Positions 24,363-35,087 of a stretch of DNA of 39,664 nucleotides are shown piece after piece. The position numbers and the translations under genes were made by a program. The notes beneath the pieces are model-generated. The model had not been told where the DNA came from. It saw only the letters and a list, made by a program, of their open reading frames with translations, and did no database searches. Numbering within the stretch: the first letter of the stretch is position 1; the number at the start of each line of letters is the position of its first letter. The stretch lies in contig JANOQV010000143.1 in the NCBI GenBank assembly GCA_031414955.1, positions 1 through 39,664 on the forward strand, in the 5' to 3' direction. The DNA is from Pedosphaera sp. (GTDB taxonomy: Bacteria > Verrucomicrobiota > Verrucomicrobiia > Limisphaerales > SIBH01).

Positions 24363-25466
24363 TCACTTGGTTGTGGCGACAAGACCTTGAGCTTGGGCTT
24401 CACTCGGCTGTGGGTTCTGGGCATCGAAGTCCACGTTCACCATTTTCTCCTGCATCGACTTCTCCCAGTCATCAAGACACGGGACGCAGACCTCGGCCTT
24501 CCGGGCGTAGGCCCGGTGGACAGCCTTGGAATTATGCCCCAAGGCTTCCTCGGCGAACCGCAGCGGGTAGCCCGCCCGGCGAGCGCGTTCCGCCCATGCG
24601 TAGCGATAGCTGTGCAGGGAGATACCCTTGATGTTCAGGCCGTCGCACCGCTGCTTGAATTCCGTGGCCCGGTCGCCGGGGCGCACCGTGCGGAGATATG
24701 GAAACAGCGGCCCTTTCTGGGGCAGGGTGCCGAGGATGTCCGCGACCTCTTTGCCAAAGCGGATGAGTGGGGGCTTGATGCCGGTGTCCTGCCGGTTTTC
24801 AAGTTTCTTGCGGTCGTAGCAGATGGTGCGGTCGTTCCAGTTCACATCCTCGGCGTCCAGATAGGCGATGTCGGTCTGGCTGCCGCCGAGATGCCAGCAC
24901 AGTTGGTAGAAGGCTTTGCGTTCTGGATTCTGCTCGCGGTCGAGGATGAGCCGGTGTTCCTCGGCGGTGAGGCCGCGCTTGGGCTTGTAAATCACCTTGG
25001 GCCAGTTCGGTTTGGGCAGCACGGCCCGGAGCAACCAGTCCATCGCGAGGGCGAAGTTGTGAATCCGCCGCAGGTAGACGTTGGATGAAGTTTTTCCGTC
25101 CGACAGCACTTTCAGGAAATGGTCGGCGCGGGTTTCCAGCACGGGCAGTTTGCGGATGCAGTCGAAGTTTTTGTCCTTGATGGCCACGGCCCAGCGCCGG
25201 TGCGTCTCGCCGTGCTTCATGGTCACAACCTGCTCCATGACCTGCTGCCAGTCGCGGCTGCCGAGCTTGGGGTCGGCGGCGCTGATGTAGGCGCGGGCCA
25301 GTTGCAGGTTGATGGCGGCGGGCTGATAGACGGCCTCGTTCTTGGCGTTGAGCAGGCGCGTCGCCTCGTTCTTGTCGCGGGTGCGGAGGCTCTGCTGCTC
25401 CCCGGTCTGCCTGTCCTGCAAATACCAGACGCCGCTCTGGCGCTGGAAGACTCGATACTTTGCCAT
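24363..25466 (-). CDS. Tyrosine recombinase/integrase
   Basis: HSYRYAW (H-x-x-R), LGH and a downstream Tyr (HRAYAR). Adjacent to a tRNA 3' end. Confidence 0.9.
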   Translation of the reverse strand: MAKYRVFQRQSGVWYLQDRQTGEQQSLRTRDKNEATRLLNAKNEAVYQPAAINLQLARAYISAADPKLGSRDWQQVMEQVVTMKHGETHRRWAVAIKDKNFDCIRKLPVLETRADHFLKVLSDGKTSSNVYLRRIHNFALAMDWLLRAVLPKPNWPKVIYKPKRGLTAEEHRLILDREQNPERKAFYQLCWHLGGSQTDIAYLDAEDVNWNDRTICYDRKKLENRQDTGIKPPLIRFGKEVADILGTLPQKGPLFPYLRTVRPGDRATEFKQRCDGLNIKGISLHSYRYAWAERARRAGYPLRFAEEALGHNSKAVHRAYARKAEVCVPCLDDWEKSMQEKMVNVDFDAQNPQPSEAQAQGLVATTK

Positions 25467-25568
25467 GTCGTTGCTCACAAGTTGTGAGGCTACGACGGTC
25501 GAATTCTCAGCGTGAGCAACGGGTGGGACACCACAGTCTGCATAAGCAGAAAAGTGCGCTACGGGCTG

Positions 25569-25592
25569 CTTTCGCTGGAACTTTCGCTGGAA
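25569..25592. repeat. Tandem 12-bp direct repeat CTTTCGCTGGAA, candidate integrase arm-type sites
   Basis: Exact copies at 25569-25580 and 25581-25592, between tRNA-Cys and int. Confidence 0.6.
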
Positions 25593-25642
25593 GTCCGAAC
25601 TCGCAAAATCTCCAAACCCCCTGTCGTTACAAGGTTAAGGTT

Positions 25643-25716
25643 TGGAGGCGAGGGTCGGAATCGAACCGACGATGCAGCTTTTGCAGAGCCGTGCCTTACC
25701 ACTTGGCTACCCCGCC
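25643..25716 (-). tRNA. tRNA-Cys (GCA)
   Basis: GGCGGGGTAGCCAAGTGGTAAGGCA-CGGCT-CTGCAAA-AGCTG-CATC-GTCGGTTCGATTCCGAC-CCTCGCC-TCCA, 74 nt, CCA encoded. Confidence 0.96.
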
Positions 25717-25889
25717 GTCCGTGTTGCGGGCAAACAATAGGGATGGTCTTTCCGCTCGCAAGCGAAAGTTGTATAATGGTTGAAGTAATGAATGACGCCA
25801 AGTGGAACGATGCAGTCGGGATTGATTTTGCAAGCGGTTAAGGCCGTGCGTAGGTCGCAGACCTGGCGCAAGCGTTGCAAGCGACACAG

Positions 25890-26027
25890 GAACGCGGGCT
25901 TGGCTTCGTGGTGCTTCACCACCTCCAGCCGCAGTCCCTGTTCTTGGGCCGCCGCCGCCGGCTTCTCTCCGGTGTAGCCCTGATCCACATAAGCCAGTGC
26001 CACGTTCTTGCCCGCCGCCAGGCGCAG
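25890..26027 (-). pseudogene. IS5-family transposase fragment
   Basis: VALAYVDQGYTGE...GLRLEVVKHHEAK matches the mid-region of IS5-type transposases. The rest is missing. Confidence 0.65.
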
Positions 26028-26290
26028 GTTCTCGCGGTCATCCTTCTTCGGATTGTCCTTGAACCCCATGGCCCGGCCGACCGCTGGCTCCTCCCGCTGC
26101 TGGCGCCGCCTTTCCCGGTGGATCTGGCTCACCACGCTGCCCCACGGCCAGACGCAGGCTGGCGCGCGGTGATTGAGTCTTTGCCGGCGCCGGCATGCTA
26201 CGGGGCTTGTCGTGCGGCAGAAGGGTCGGCTAATCTCGCCCGCGTTCCAGTGAACGAGAGACAAACTATCGACTAAAACTTTTTACTAAG

Positions 26291-27811
26291 CCCGAACTCC
26301 GAAGTAGAGCGGTAATTTTCTCCGGCGACCGCACCCCGCGTTTCAGATGAGTCCTCCGCCGATGGCCAGCCGATCCTCGGGTGGAACCAACTTCGGCGAA
26401 GGGCACTTCAGCCAGTCCAACGCGGCCGCCACCAGCGGTTTGTGTTTGCCCAAACCACCCCACGCCGCTGAGAGTTTGAGCACCACCTCGCGCCCCATCA
26501 TCCCCAGCACCGCCCCGCACAGGAACACCGCCACCCGCAACGTCCCCGGCTGCCGATACGCCGCCGTCGGCGTGGTCTGGTGCTGATAGAGACTGAGCAG
26601 GTTGAAGGTGAAGAGCACCGCCAGGAACGCCGACTCCGTCGCGTAGAACGGTTGCAGGCAAAACCCGTCCGCCGCCAGGTCGTGCTTCAATTCCTCGATG
26701 CGCGGCTCCACGCAGGCCCGCCCATTATAGTCCCGCCACAACGTCACCGCGTCCTGGCTCCGGTTGGTCACCCACACCCGGAAGGTGTAGCCCGGCACGT
26801 CCAGCAGTTTGCGCCCCACCGCCGCCTTGCTCTCCCGCATCCGCTCGCGCACCACCACGAAGCGCCGTTCCTTGGACCACCCAAATAATTTCACGATGAA
26901 CTCTCCGGCGTCATGGTGTTCGTCGAGGGCCGTCCCGTTCTGGATCCCGGCGCATTTCCGTTTGAGCGTCGTGGTCAGGCGCGCCACCACGACATAAGGC
27001 AACGCGCGTTCCTCCAGAAAATCCAGGAAGGCCCCGTCGAAGAAACCGCTGTCGGCCCGCACCGTGCGCAGCCACGTCCCCTCCGGCAAGAGCGTCAGCG
27101 CCTCCTGCAAAAACGGCACCACGCCGCGCGCCGCGCCGGTGTTCCCGCTGCGCAGCCAGCCGTGCAGGATGAAGGGCGCCTCGGCCAGCAGCGGATGATG
27201 ACTGTGGCGCCCTTTGCATTTGGGATTGAACCCCTTGCGCGCACCTTCCTGCTGGCCCTCGCGACAGAACACCGTCGAATCCAAATCCAGCGCGAAGCCG
27301 CCGGTCGGACACTGCACCAAGCGCACCAACCAGCGCCAGAGCGGCCGCCAGAACGCCTCGACGTGCGCCTGCGAGAAACGGAGGAAGAAATTGCGGATGG
27401 TGTCATCGCTGGGGAAACGCTCCCCCCCAGCAGCGTGTGCAGGACGTGGTCGGCCCGGAGCCATTCACAGTGGGCGAAGCGTTGCGCCCCGACCACGACG
27501 GAGAGGAGGAAGGCGGTGCGCGCGTGGGCCAGCGGGATGGCGTGGTGGGACGTGGGTTCGGCGAAAGGCAGCCGGCGTTGCACCTCCTGGGCGAAGCCGT
27601 TGGAACCGAGGAAGGAGATGAAACTGGCCAGCCCGCCGAAGGGGGAGATGGCCTTGGGCGTTTCGTCCAGAACCAGCTTGGCTTCTCCGAAGAGCGAGGT
27701 AATTTCCGGGCGGGTCGTTTTGTGCGGGGTCGGGTCGGGTTGTTTAAGCATCAATCCCTATGCCCACAAGCCCTGGCGCAACGCGACCCTTTTTCCACTT
27801 CGGAGTTCGGG
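26291..27811 (-). mobile_element. IS1380-family insertion sequence, ~1.52 kb
   Basis: Perfect 15-bp terminal inverted repeats CCCGAACTCCGAAGT at 26291-26305 and 27797-27811. No clear target duplication. Confidence 0.85.
26343..27754 (-). pseudogene. IS1380 transposase, frameshifted near 27422-27428
   Basis: N-part (ISPFGGL...) and C-part (LDLDSTV, VRADSGF, YNGR..E..IEELK) lie in different frames and switch at a G7 run. Confidence 0.85.
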
Positions 27812-27871
27812 TTTATTTAACTCACGGGCCGGGAACACGTCAGTCCCGGCTCAAATCATTTCATCCGCGCT

Positions 27872-28303
27872 TCACCGCCGGAACTTCCCGGCCCCGTCGC
27901 GACGGGCACGGCCAAGAGTTTCGAGGGTTCGGAGAATTTCCAAAAGGTCTTCGGGCTTGGCGCGGGCGAATTGCGCGGCCAAGCCTGCGGGTGTGACGGG
28001 CGCGGCGGCGGCGTGCAAGGCCGCTTCCACGACTTGAAACCGTTCAGTCAGGGCTTTGGGCCACGGCGTTTTCGTTTTGCGCTGGGCGGGCGCGGCCTTG
28101 GTTTTCTTCGCGGGCTTGGAGGCTTTGGCGGGCTTTGGATTTAGGGCGCTTTGCTTGCTGGCCTGATACTCCGGGCGGAGCCAGTGGATGACGCCGCGCT
28201 TTTCTTCCGCTGCCCGTTCGGCGTTCAATTCCACGAGACGTTCCAAAATCTCGGCATCGGTCAGCGTGGCGGACCAGCCGTAGGCGGCGGACACGGCGGC
28301 GGC
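27872..28303 (-). pseudogene. C-terminal fragment of an MmeI-like type IIL restriction-modification enzyme
   Basis: AAVSAAYGW...EILERLVELNAERAAEE.RG.IHWLRPEYQ...PWPK...LETLG. The methyltransferase and nuclease parts are absent. Confidence 0.75.
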
Positions 28304-28412
28304 GAGAACAGCTCAGGACAATTCTTGTTTGAGACCAGGCCATGCGGCTTCTGGCAGTCCTTCAAGCCTTGTCGTGGGCACCACTCTTCACACCACCGCG
28401 GACAGCGGACGG

Positions 28413-31400
28413 TCATTTCAACGTCTTCAAATAGGCGAACAAATTGCTCACCTCCTCGGGCGGCAGTGCTTCGAGCAAACCTTCCGGCATGATGCTCGAC
28501 TTGGTGAAGGCGGCGCGCTTCACGGTGCTCTGCGGGATGCGCGTGTCCTCCATATTCTGGCGGCGCAGCACGATGGCGTCCTTGTCCTCGCTCACGCGGA
28601 TGCCGTCGAGCACGTCGCCGTCTTTCAACTCCACGCGGAACATCCGATAGCCCGGCTCCATGGCGGCGTTCGGCGTAAGGAGGTTGCGCAGCAACGCCTC
28701 GACGCCCAGCGCGCCGGCACCGCTGAGGACGGGGCCAATCTGTCCGCCTTGGCCGCCCACGCTGTGGCAGCTCAGGCAGACGGTGGTGAAGAGCGCCTTG
28801 CCTTTCGCGGTGTCACCCGCCTTGTCGGCCAGGGCGTGGAACCGGTCAAACTTGATCGCGAGCGCCTGCGCCTCTGCGGGCGTGAGCAGCGGCGGAAAGT
28901 CGGAAGTCTTCACAACCTTGGCACCGGGCTGAAGTTTGCCCCATTGGGCACCGGCGAGGAGATGGACAAGGCCGGCAGGTTTTGCTTCGCCCGCGAAACT
29001 GCGATCAAAGTCGGCGCGAATTTCCCCGGCGGTGCGGGTGCGGTTCCAGACGCGGAACTCACTCAGCCAGCCGGCCGTGCCTTTGGCGGGACCAGTCCAT
29101 GCCACGCGAAGATGCTCGAACTTGTTTTTCACCGACTGGCCCTGAACGGTGTCGAGTTCGCCATTCTGGTAGAGGCGGAATTTGCCGTCCGCATCACGCG
29201 TCACGGCGAAGTGGGTCCACACGTCGGCGGTCATTTTTTTCTTCGCCACGATGACATCGTTCAAGCCGCCGACCCAGACGCGGAACTGGCTGCCGAAGAA
29301 ATTCATGTCCAGCACGCCGGGCGCACCGAGCAGGCCGTCGTGGTTATCAATGCCCGCGTCGAGCTTCACCCACGTCTCCACGGTGAACGGGCCGTCGAGC
29401 TTGATGTCGGTGTCGGCCCAGGCGTTGTCGTTACCATCGAGACGCAGCGCGGGACGGAAGAACGACGCCATGTCGGCGATGAGCGCGGCGAGGTCGGGGT
29501 CATTGCCGAGCACGGCCTGGAGTTTGTCGAGCGTGGCGGCGTCGAGTTCGTCCTTGAGGATTCTGCCGTTGCGGACTGATTTCACGAGCGAACTGGCGCC
29601 GAGTTTGGTGCCGGCGAGACCAGCCAGCGCGGCGCGGCGTGGCGCGGCGGGAAGAGTCGGGTAAATCGTGGCGAGCATCAGCGGCCCCTTGATGTCACGC
29701 GAGGAGGCGAGAGCGGCGACGGCAACCTGCTGCTCGGCGGTCCCGCCCTTCTGCGCGAGCATCAGGAACAAATCCGTGCGATCCGATTTCAATTCACGCA
29801 ACGCCTGCAAGGCCGCGAGCGATTCGGGACGCAGCAGATATTCCTTCGCGTCGAGTTTCGGATAACCGCCCCAGCCCTGCTCCAGCACGCGCACGAGTTC
29901 AGGTTCCACCGCCGCGAGTTGAAAAGAACTCGCGAGCTTAGTGCCGAGTTCGAGTGAGGCCGCGTTGTTCAGCGCGAGCAACTGCTTTGCGGCGTCATTG
30001 AGCAGTGGCGTGATCTTCGCCGCGTCGAGCTTGGTGCGAACCCTCAGCAACGACTCAATCGCCGCCGTGCTGGTGGCGGGCTGTTGCAGAATTTTCTTCA
30101 ACGCCTCGCCCACACCCGGCTCGTCCGGGAACTGCGCGAGGCGGAGCAACTCTTCCTGGTTCGGCGGGCGCGTGAGCGAGGGCAGCAGCTCGGCGACTCG
30201 TCTGGCGCTGACTTTTGGCACCATGGCGAGCGACGCAACGAGTTGCGATTCCAGCGGCAGCATCTTCGCTTGGGGGGTATGAAGAAAGGCAGCGACGGAG
30301 AGGGGGTTACGCTCAATCAACATCCGCACCAGATACCGCTCGAACTCACGTTCGTAAGCCTCGCCGACCTTAATGCTCTTCCCGCTCTGCGTGCTCTTCA
30401 TCGTCGGTTCGGCGAACGGCGGCTTGGCCATGCTGACAAGCAGCGGCAGGGCGCGCTGATAGGCCACGTCTGCGGTGAGATTGTCGGATGACTCTTGCAG
30501 CGCGGAATCCAGTGACGCGACGGTTTTGATCACTTCAGCCCGCACTTCGGAGTCTGGATCATTCGCCAGCGGCTCCAGAGCGTCGAAAAGTTCCGCCCAC
30601 GACTTGCTCGCGCCCGCGACGGAGAGTTTGCGTGCGTCAAGCACTCGGACAGCTTCGCGACGGATGTTCCGGTTCGGATCACTCAACAGCGGTTTCAATA
30701 GCGCGAAGTATTCGGAGCCTTTGTTGAACCGGTCGCTTCCATCCGACATCTCCAACGCCCACAACGCCGCGATACGCTTCGCCGCTGCCTGTGCCTTGTC
30801 ACTCACGAGACTCTTCAACTTCGGCGCAAGTTCCTTCATCCCCCGGTCGCCGATGGCCTGCCAAGCAAGATGACTCTGCGTCGTGTTCTCGCCGCCGAGC
30901 TTGGCAATCAGTTCGTCGCCGGAGAGCTTGGTGAAGTCGGGAATGTCGAGCGGCTTGAAATCCGTCGGGCGCACGCGCCAGACGCGGCCGCGTTTCTTGT
31001 CGCGGTCGGGATGGTTCCGCGCGACTTCGTTGTGCGAGATGATTTTGTTGTACCAATCCACGAAGTAGAGGCAACCGTCCGGCCCGAGCCGCAGCGCGAC
31101 CGGGCGGAACATCTCGTCGCTCGACTGGATGAAGTCCGGGAGCTTCGTGAGAGCGTAGCGCGGCCCGTCGCGCCGGGGCTTGATGGCCTGAATTTTCCGC
31201 GTGATGGGATTGGCGATGTAGATGACGTCGCAGTAGGCCTCGGGCCAGCTTGTCATTTGCGATTTGCGATTTGCGATTTCAGATTGCCACGCATCCGTCA
31301 TTGCCAGCCCGCTCAAGCCCGTGCCGCCCATTTGGAAATGTGGCGCGGTGCCGGGGAACTCGGGCGCGTAGCTCTTCCACTGCGCGCCGGAACAGCCGGG

Positions 31401-32837
31401 GTAATTCGCGTATTCGTGGAACGGCATCGCGGGATAGCCGAAGTCATTCGCCTCCTGAATCCACGTCTCGCCCTCCATCGTCATGTGCAGGCCCCAGATG
31501 TTGCACGGGCCTTGCGAGGTGATCTCGAAGCTCTTGCCGTCAGGCCGAAACTTCGCCATGCGCGTTTGATCGAATTGAATCTCAGTCCCGAAATTGTCGC
31601 GCACTTTGCCGTAGTTGAACGCGCCCTGGGCCATCCACATCCATCCGCCCGGCGCGCGTGTGAACTGGTGCGGGAACAGATGCGAATCCTGCACGCCGAA
31701 GCCGCTGAGAATCACCTCGCGCTTGTCGGCCTTGCCGTCGCCGTCGGTGTCGCTGAGGAAAACAAACTCGGTACCGTGCTGCACATAGACGCCGTTCTTG
31801 TAAGGCAGAATACCGAGCGGAATCGCGAGACCATCGGCAAAGACGCGCGGCTTGCTGGCGTAACCCGTCGGTGACTTCGGGTCGCGGTCATAGACCAGCA
31901 CCTTGTCCTTGGCCTTGCTCGCGTAGAGTTCCTTGGCGACGGCGGGGCTTTCGTTCGCGTCCACGGGATATTCGAGCGCCGTCATCGTCCAGAGATTGCC
32001 GTGCTGATCCCAATCCACGGTGATGAATTTGCCGAAGCCTGCTTCGAGATCTTCGCTCGCGACGAGTTCAATCACGAAGCCCGGCGCGACGGTGAACCGC
32101 GCACGCTCTTCTTCCGGCGAAACCGGTTCCGCCTTCGCGCCCTTCTTCGGCTCCGGCGCGCCACGAAACACTTTTCCCGGCGGGGTGGGCGGAAGTTCTT
32201 CCACTGAAATGTCCTTTACCTGCACCACGGCTTTGCCACCGCCGTGAACTTGAATCCCCATTTTGCCCCAGTCCACGATAGCCGCGTCCGCTTCCGTGTA
32301 ATCCGTGCCCATCACGCCATTGATCCACGTCGTCACGCGCGGGCCATCGGCACGAATCACGTAATCATTCCAGCCATCGCGCTTGATCACGGGGCGGAGC
32401 GCCTTCATGTCGGAGGCGGACATCACCTTGTTGCGGCGCGATTCGTCGTAGATCGCGCCGTACCAGTTCGGCTCGCCGAAGTCGCACTGGTAGCCCGCCA
32501 TCTCGGAATTGTTCGGCACGCGCTGCGAACGGATCTGGAAGCCGGAATTGATGAACCCGTTCGTGCCCGTGAGTTTGATCTTCAGTCGGACGATGAAGTT
32601 CGTGTAGGGGCGAGAAGTGGCGAGGAATTCATTGCGCGGCACCGTCTCCACGTAGGATCCGCCGGTGAGCGCGCCGTCCTGCACGCTCCACAGCCGGGCG
32701 TTGCCTTCCCAGCCGCCCAGTGTCTGGCCATCGAACATGGACTTCACGCCTGGACCGGGCGCGGGTGGAGCCTCAGCGGCGCAGAGCGAACCTGTGGAAC
32801 AAAGCGCGAGTGCGGCGAGAATGGCGTGACGATTCAT
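28413..32837 (-). CDS. PVC-type heme-binding protein: signal peptide, DUF1080, beta-propeller dehydrogenase-like domain, HEAT repeats, LamG, cytochrome c
   Basis: MFDGQTLGGW/NSGFQIRS (DUF1080), DTDGDGKAD, FRPVALRLGPDG, FTVETWVK/WTHFAVTR (LamG), CLSCH and SIMPEGL. Confidence 0.88.
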   Translation of the reverse strand: MNRHAILAALALCSTGSLCAAEAPPAPGPGVKSMFDGQTLGGWEGNARLWSVQDGALTGGSYVETVPRNEFLATSRPYTNFIVRLKIKLTGTNGFINSGFQIRSQRVPNNSEMAGYQCDFGEPNWYGAIYDESRRNKVMSASDMKALRPVIKRDGWNDYVIRADGPRVTTWINGVMGTDYTEADAAIVDWGKMGIQVHGGGKAVVQVKDISVEELPPTPPGKVFRGAPEPKKGAKAEPVSPEEERARFTVAPGFVIELVASEDLEAGFGKFITVDWDQHGNLWTMTALEYPVDANESPAVAKELYASKAKDKVLVYDRDPKSPTGYASKPRVFADGLAIPLGILPYKNGVYVQHGTEFVFLSDTDGDGKADKREVILSGFGVQDSHLFPHQFTRAPGGWMWMAQGAFNYGKVRDNFGTEIQFDQTRMAKFRPDGKSFEITSQGPCNIWGLHMTMEGETWIQEANDFGYPAMPFHEYANYPGCSGAQWKSYAPEFPGTAPHFQMGGTGLSGLAMTDAWQSEIANRKSQMTSWPEAYCDVIYIANPITRKIQAIKPRRDGPRYALTKLPDFIQSSDEMFRPVALRLGPDGCLYFVDWYNKIISHNEVARNHPDRDKKRGRVWRVRPTDFKPLDIPDFTKLSGDELIAKLGGENTTQSHLAWQAIGDRGMKELAPKLKSLVSDKAQAAAKRIAALWALEMSDGSDRFNKGSEYFALLKPLLSDPNRNIRREAVRVLDARKLSVAGASKSWAELFDALEPLANDPDSEVRAEVIKTVASLDSALQESSDNLTADVAYQRALPLLVSMAKPPFAEPTMKSTQSGKSIKVGEAYEREFERYLVRMLIERNPLSVAAFLHTPQAKMLPLESQLVASLAMVPKVSARRVAELLPSLTRPPNQEELLRLAQFPDEPGVGEALKKILQQPATSTAAIESLLRVRTKLDAAKITPLLNDAAKQLLALNNAASLELGTKLASSFQLAAVEPELVRVLEQGWGGYPKLDAKEYLLRPESLAALQALRELKSDRTDLFLMLAQKGGTAEQQVAVAALASSRDIKGPLMLATIYPTLPAAPRRAALAGLAGTKLGASSLVKSVRNGRILKDELDAATLDKLQAVLGNDPDLAALIADMASFFRPALRLDGNDNAWADTDIKLDGPFTVETWVKLDAGIDNHDGLLGAPGVLDMNFFGSQFRVWVGGLNDVIVAKKKMTADVWTHFAVTRDADGKFRLYQNGELDTVQGQSVKNKFEHLRVAWTGPAKGTAGWLSEFRVWNRTRTAGEIRADFDRSFAGEAKPAGLVHLLAGAQWGKLQPGAKVVKTSDFPPLLTPAEAQALAIKFDRFHALADKAGDTAKGKALFTTVCLSCHSVGGQGGQIGPVLSGAGALGVEALLRNLLTPNAAMEPGYRMFRVELKDGDVLDGIRVSEDKDAIVLRRQNMEDTRIPQSTVKRAAFTKSSIMPEGLLEALPPEEVSNLFAYLKTLK
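31255..31289. repeat. Heptamer tandem repeat (ATTTGCG)x3 plus two degenerate copies inside the CDS
   Basis: Encodes QSEIANRKSQM on the minus strand. Confidence 0.75.
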
Positions 32838-33097
32838 GTTTGAGTTTATGTTCTTAACCTGTGACTGACGGCGTTGACCGGAGTGTCTATCAAACCGAGG
32901 CGCGAATTCACACCACGGAAATCCACCATCCACCGAGCAGAACCCGCGGGCCGCTCCAGGGATGATCCAGGGGAGAGTACTCGGCCGCGCCCGAAGCAGT
33001 TCAACCCCGTGCCATGTCCTAACTCCGGGCCTTGAACCCTTGCTCCCTTGGTGAGTGTGCCCGCCACTTTCTTTCGCGCCTGACTTGGCCGGGTGGC

Positions 33098-33126
33098 TTG
33101 ACGCCCCAATGACCCTCCCCTAAGTT
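33098..33126 (+). promoter_or_regulatory. Sigma70-type promoter for clpPX
   Basis: TTGACG-N17-TAAGTT. Confidence 0.6.
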
Positions 33127-33156
33127 CCGCGCGCTGGATTTTTCGCACCGATTAAT

Positions 33157-33786
33157 ATGCAAAACTTTCTTATCCCTCACGTTATCGAACAGACCGGTCG
33201 CGGGGAGCGCGGCTATGACATTTACTCGCGCTTGCTGGTGGACCGCATCGTCTTCCTCGGCACGCCCATCGATGACATGGTGGCGAACGTCATCATCGCC
33301 CAGCTCCTCTTCCTCCAGATGAGCGACCCGAAGAAGGACATTCATCTCTACATCAACTCCCCCGGCGGCAGCGTCACGGCGGGGCTGGCCATTTATGACA
33401 CCATGCAGTTCATGACCTGTGATGTGAACACTTACTGCATCGGTCAGGCGGCCAGCATGGGCGCAGTGCTGCTGGCGGGCGGCACGAAAGGCAAGCGCTA
33501 CGCCCTGCCCAACTCGAACATCATGATCCACCAGGTGCTCGGCGGGGCCGAGGGCCAGGCCACGGATGTGGAGATTCGCGTGAAGTACATGCTCAAGCTC
33601 AAGCAGCGTTTGAACGAGATACTATCCAAGCACTCGGGCCAGCCCGTCGAGGTCGTCGAGAAGGCCTGCGACCGGGACAACTTCATGTCGCCCGACGAAG
33701 CCAAGGCGTTCGGCCTCGTGGACGAAGTGGTGAAGTCCCGGAAAGAGCTGGCGAATTTGCCTGACCGCACGTCGGTCATCAGCTAG
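33157..33786 (+). CDS. clpP: ATP-dependent Clp protease proteolytic subunit
   Basis: [25 protein letters not shown] and DRDNFM motifs. Confidence 0.97.
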   Translation: MQNFLIPHVIEQTGRGERGYDIYSRLLVDRIVFLGTPIDDMVANVIIAQLLFLQMSDPKKDIHLYINSPGGSVTAGLAIYDTMQFMTCDVNTYCIGQAASMGAVLLAGGTKGKRYALPNSNIMIHQVLGGAEGQATDVEIRVKYMLKLKQRLNEILSKHSGQPVEVVEKACDRDNFMSPDEAKAFGLVDEVVKSRKELANLPDRTSVIS

Positions 33787-33797
33787 GGTTTCGACCA

Positions 33798-35087
33798 ATG
33801 GCGCGTCCTACAAACATTACGCTGTGCAGCTTCTGCGGGAAATCCCACGCGGAGGTGAAGAAGCTCATCCAGGGCCCGGGCGTTTACATTTGCGACAACT
33901 GCGTGGTGCTCTGCAAGAGCGTCCTGGACAAGGAACTGGCCGCCGTTGAATCCCGCAAGCCCGCGCTCATCAACCAGGTGCCCAAGCCGGCTGAGGTGAA
34001 GAACTACCTCGACAAATATTGCATCGGCCAGGACCAGGCCAAGAAGACCCTCGCCGTGGCCGTGCACAACCACTACAAGCGCGTCCTGCACGAACCGGCG
34101 CAGCCCAAGGGGGCCGAGGAGTTGAAGTCGCAGCGCGACACCGAAGTCGAGTTGGAGAAGAGCAACATCCTGCTCATCGGCAACACCGGTTCCGGCAAAA
34201 CGCTCATGGCCCGCACCTTGGCCCGCATCCTTGATGTGCCTTTCGCCATCGCCGACGCCACCACCCTTACCGAGGCCGGCTACGTGGGTGAGGACGTGGA
34301 GAACATCGTCCTGCGCCTGCTCCAGAATTCTGATTATGACGTGAAGCGCGCCCAGCGCGGCATCGTTTACATCGACGAGATCGACAAGATTGCGCGCAAG
34401 ACCGAGAACGTCTCCATCACGCGCGACGTTTCCGGCGAAGGCGTGCAACAGGCCTTGCTGAAGATTCTCGAAGGCACCGTCTGCAACGTCCCGCCGCAAG
34501 GCGGGCGCAAGCACCCGCAGCAGGAATACATCCGCGTCAACACCAGCGGCATCCTGTTCGTCTGCGGCGGGGCGTTCACCGGGTTGGAGAAAATCATCCA
34601 GCGCCGGCTCGGCAACCGCGTCATGGGCTTTGGGGCAGCGGAGCACGGCAAGCGCGTGGCGGAGTTTGATCGCGATGAGATTCTTCAGCACGTCGAGCCG
34701 GAGGATCTCATCACCTACGGTTTCATTCCCGAATTTATCGGGCGCCTGCCGATGGTCACGGTCCTGGAACAGCTTACGGAGGACCAGCTCGTCCTGATTC
34801 TGACCGAGCCTCGCAACGCCCTGACCAAGCAGTACGCCAAGCTCATGTCGCTGGAAGACGTGGAGCTCGACTTCTCCGAAGATGCGCTGCGCGAACTGGC
34901 CCGCGAAGCGATCAAAAAAGGCACTGGAGCCCGCGCCCTGCGCAGCCTGATCGAGCGGCTGATGCTGGACGTGATGTACGAAATTCCCAGTCGCGATGAC
35001 ATTGCCGGCATCAAGATCACCGCCGCCGTGGTGCGCGGCGAAGCCAAGCCACTACTCCAACTGAAGAGCACCAAAGCGGCGGCGTAA
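33798..35087 (+). CDS. clpX: Clp protease ATP-binding subunit
   Basis: CSFCGK zinc finger, [15 protein letters not shown] and [14 protein letters not shown]. Confidence 0.97.
   Translation: MARPTNITLCSFCGKSHAEVKKLIQGPGVYICDNCVVLCKSVLDKELAAVESRKPALINQVPKPAEVKNYLDKYCIGQDQAKKTLAVAVHNHYKRVLHEPAQPKGAEELKSQRDTEVELEKSNILLIGNTGSGKTLMARTLARILDVPFAIADATTLTEAGYVGEDVENIVLRLLQNSDYDVKRAQRGIVYIDEIDKIARKTENVSITRDVSGEGVQQALLKILEGTVCNVPPQGGRKHPQQEYIRVNTSGILFVCGGAFTGLEKIIQRRLGNRVMGFGAAEHGKRVAEFDRDEILQHVEPEDLITYGFIPEFIGRLPMVTVLEQLTEDQLVLILTEPRNALTKQYAKLMSLEDVELDFSEDALRELAREAIKKGTGARALRSLIERLMLDVMYEIPSRDDIAGIKITAAVVRGEAKPLLQLKSTKAAA

Larger units (their letters stand above)
1..25645. mobile_element. Integrative genomic island inserted at tRNA-Cys (left end outside the window)
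   Basis: Integrase abuts the tRNA 3' end and the cargo is accessory. I saw no second copy of the tRNA 3' end in the window. Confidence 0.75.

Noticed and set aside
25643..25716. Functional link between the tRNA-Cys target and the Cys-rich ars cargo
   Set aside because: The same integrase family also sits at tRNA-Asn, so coincidence is sufficient.
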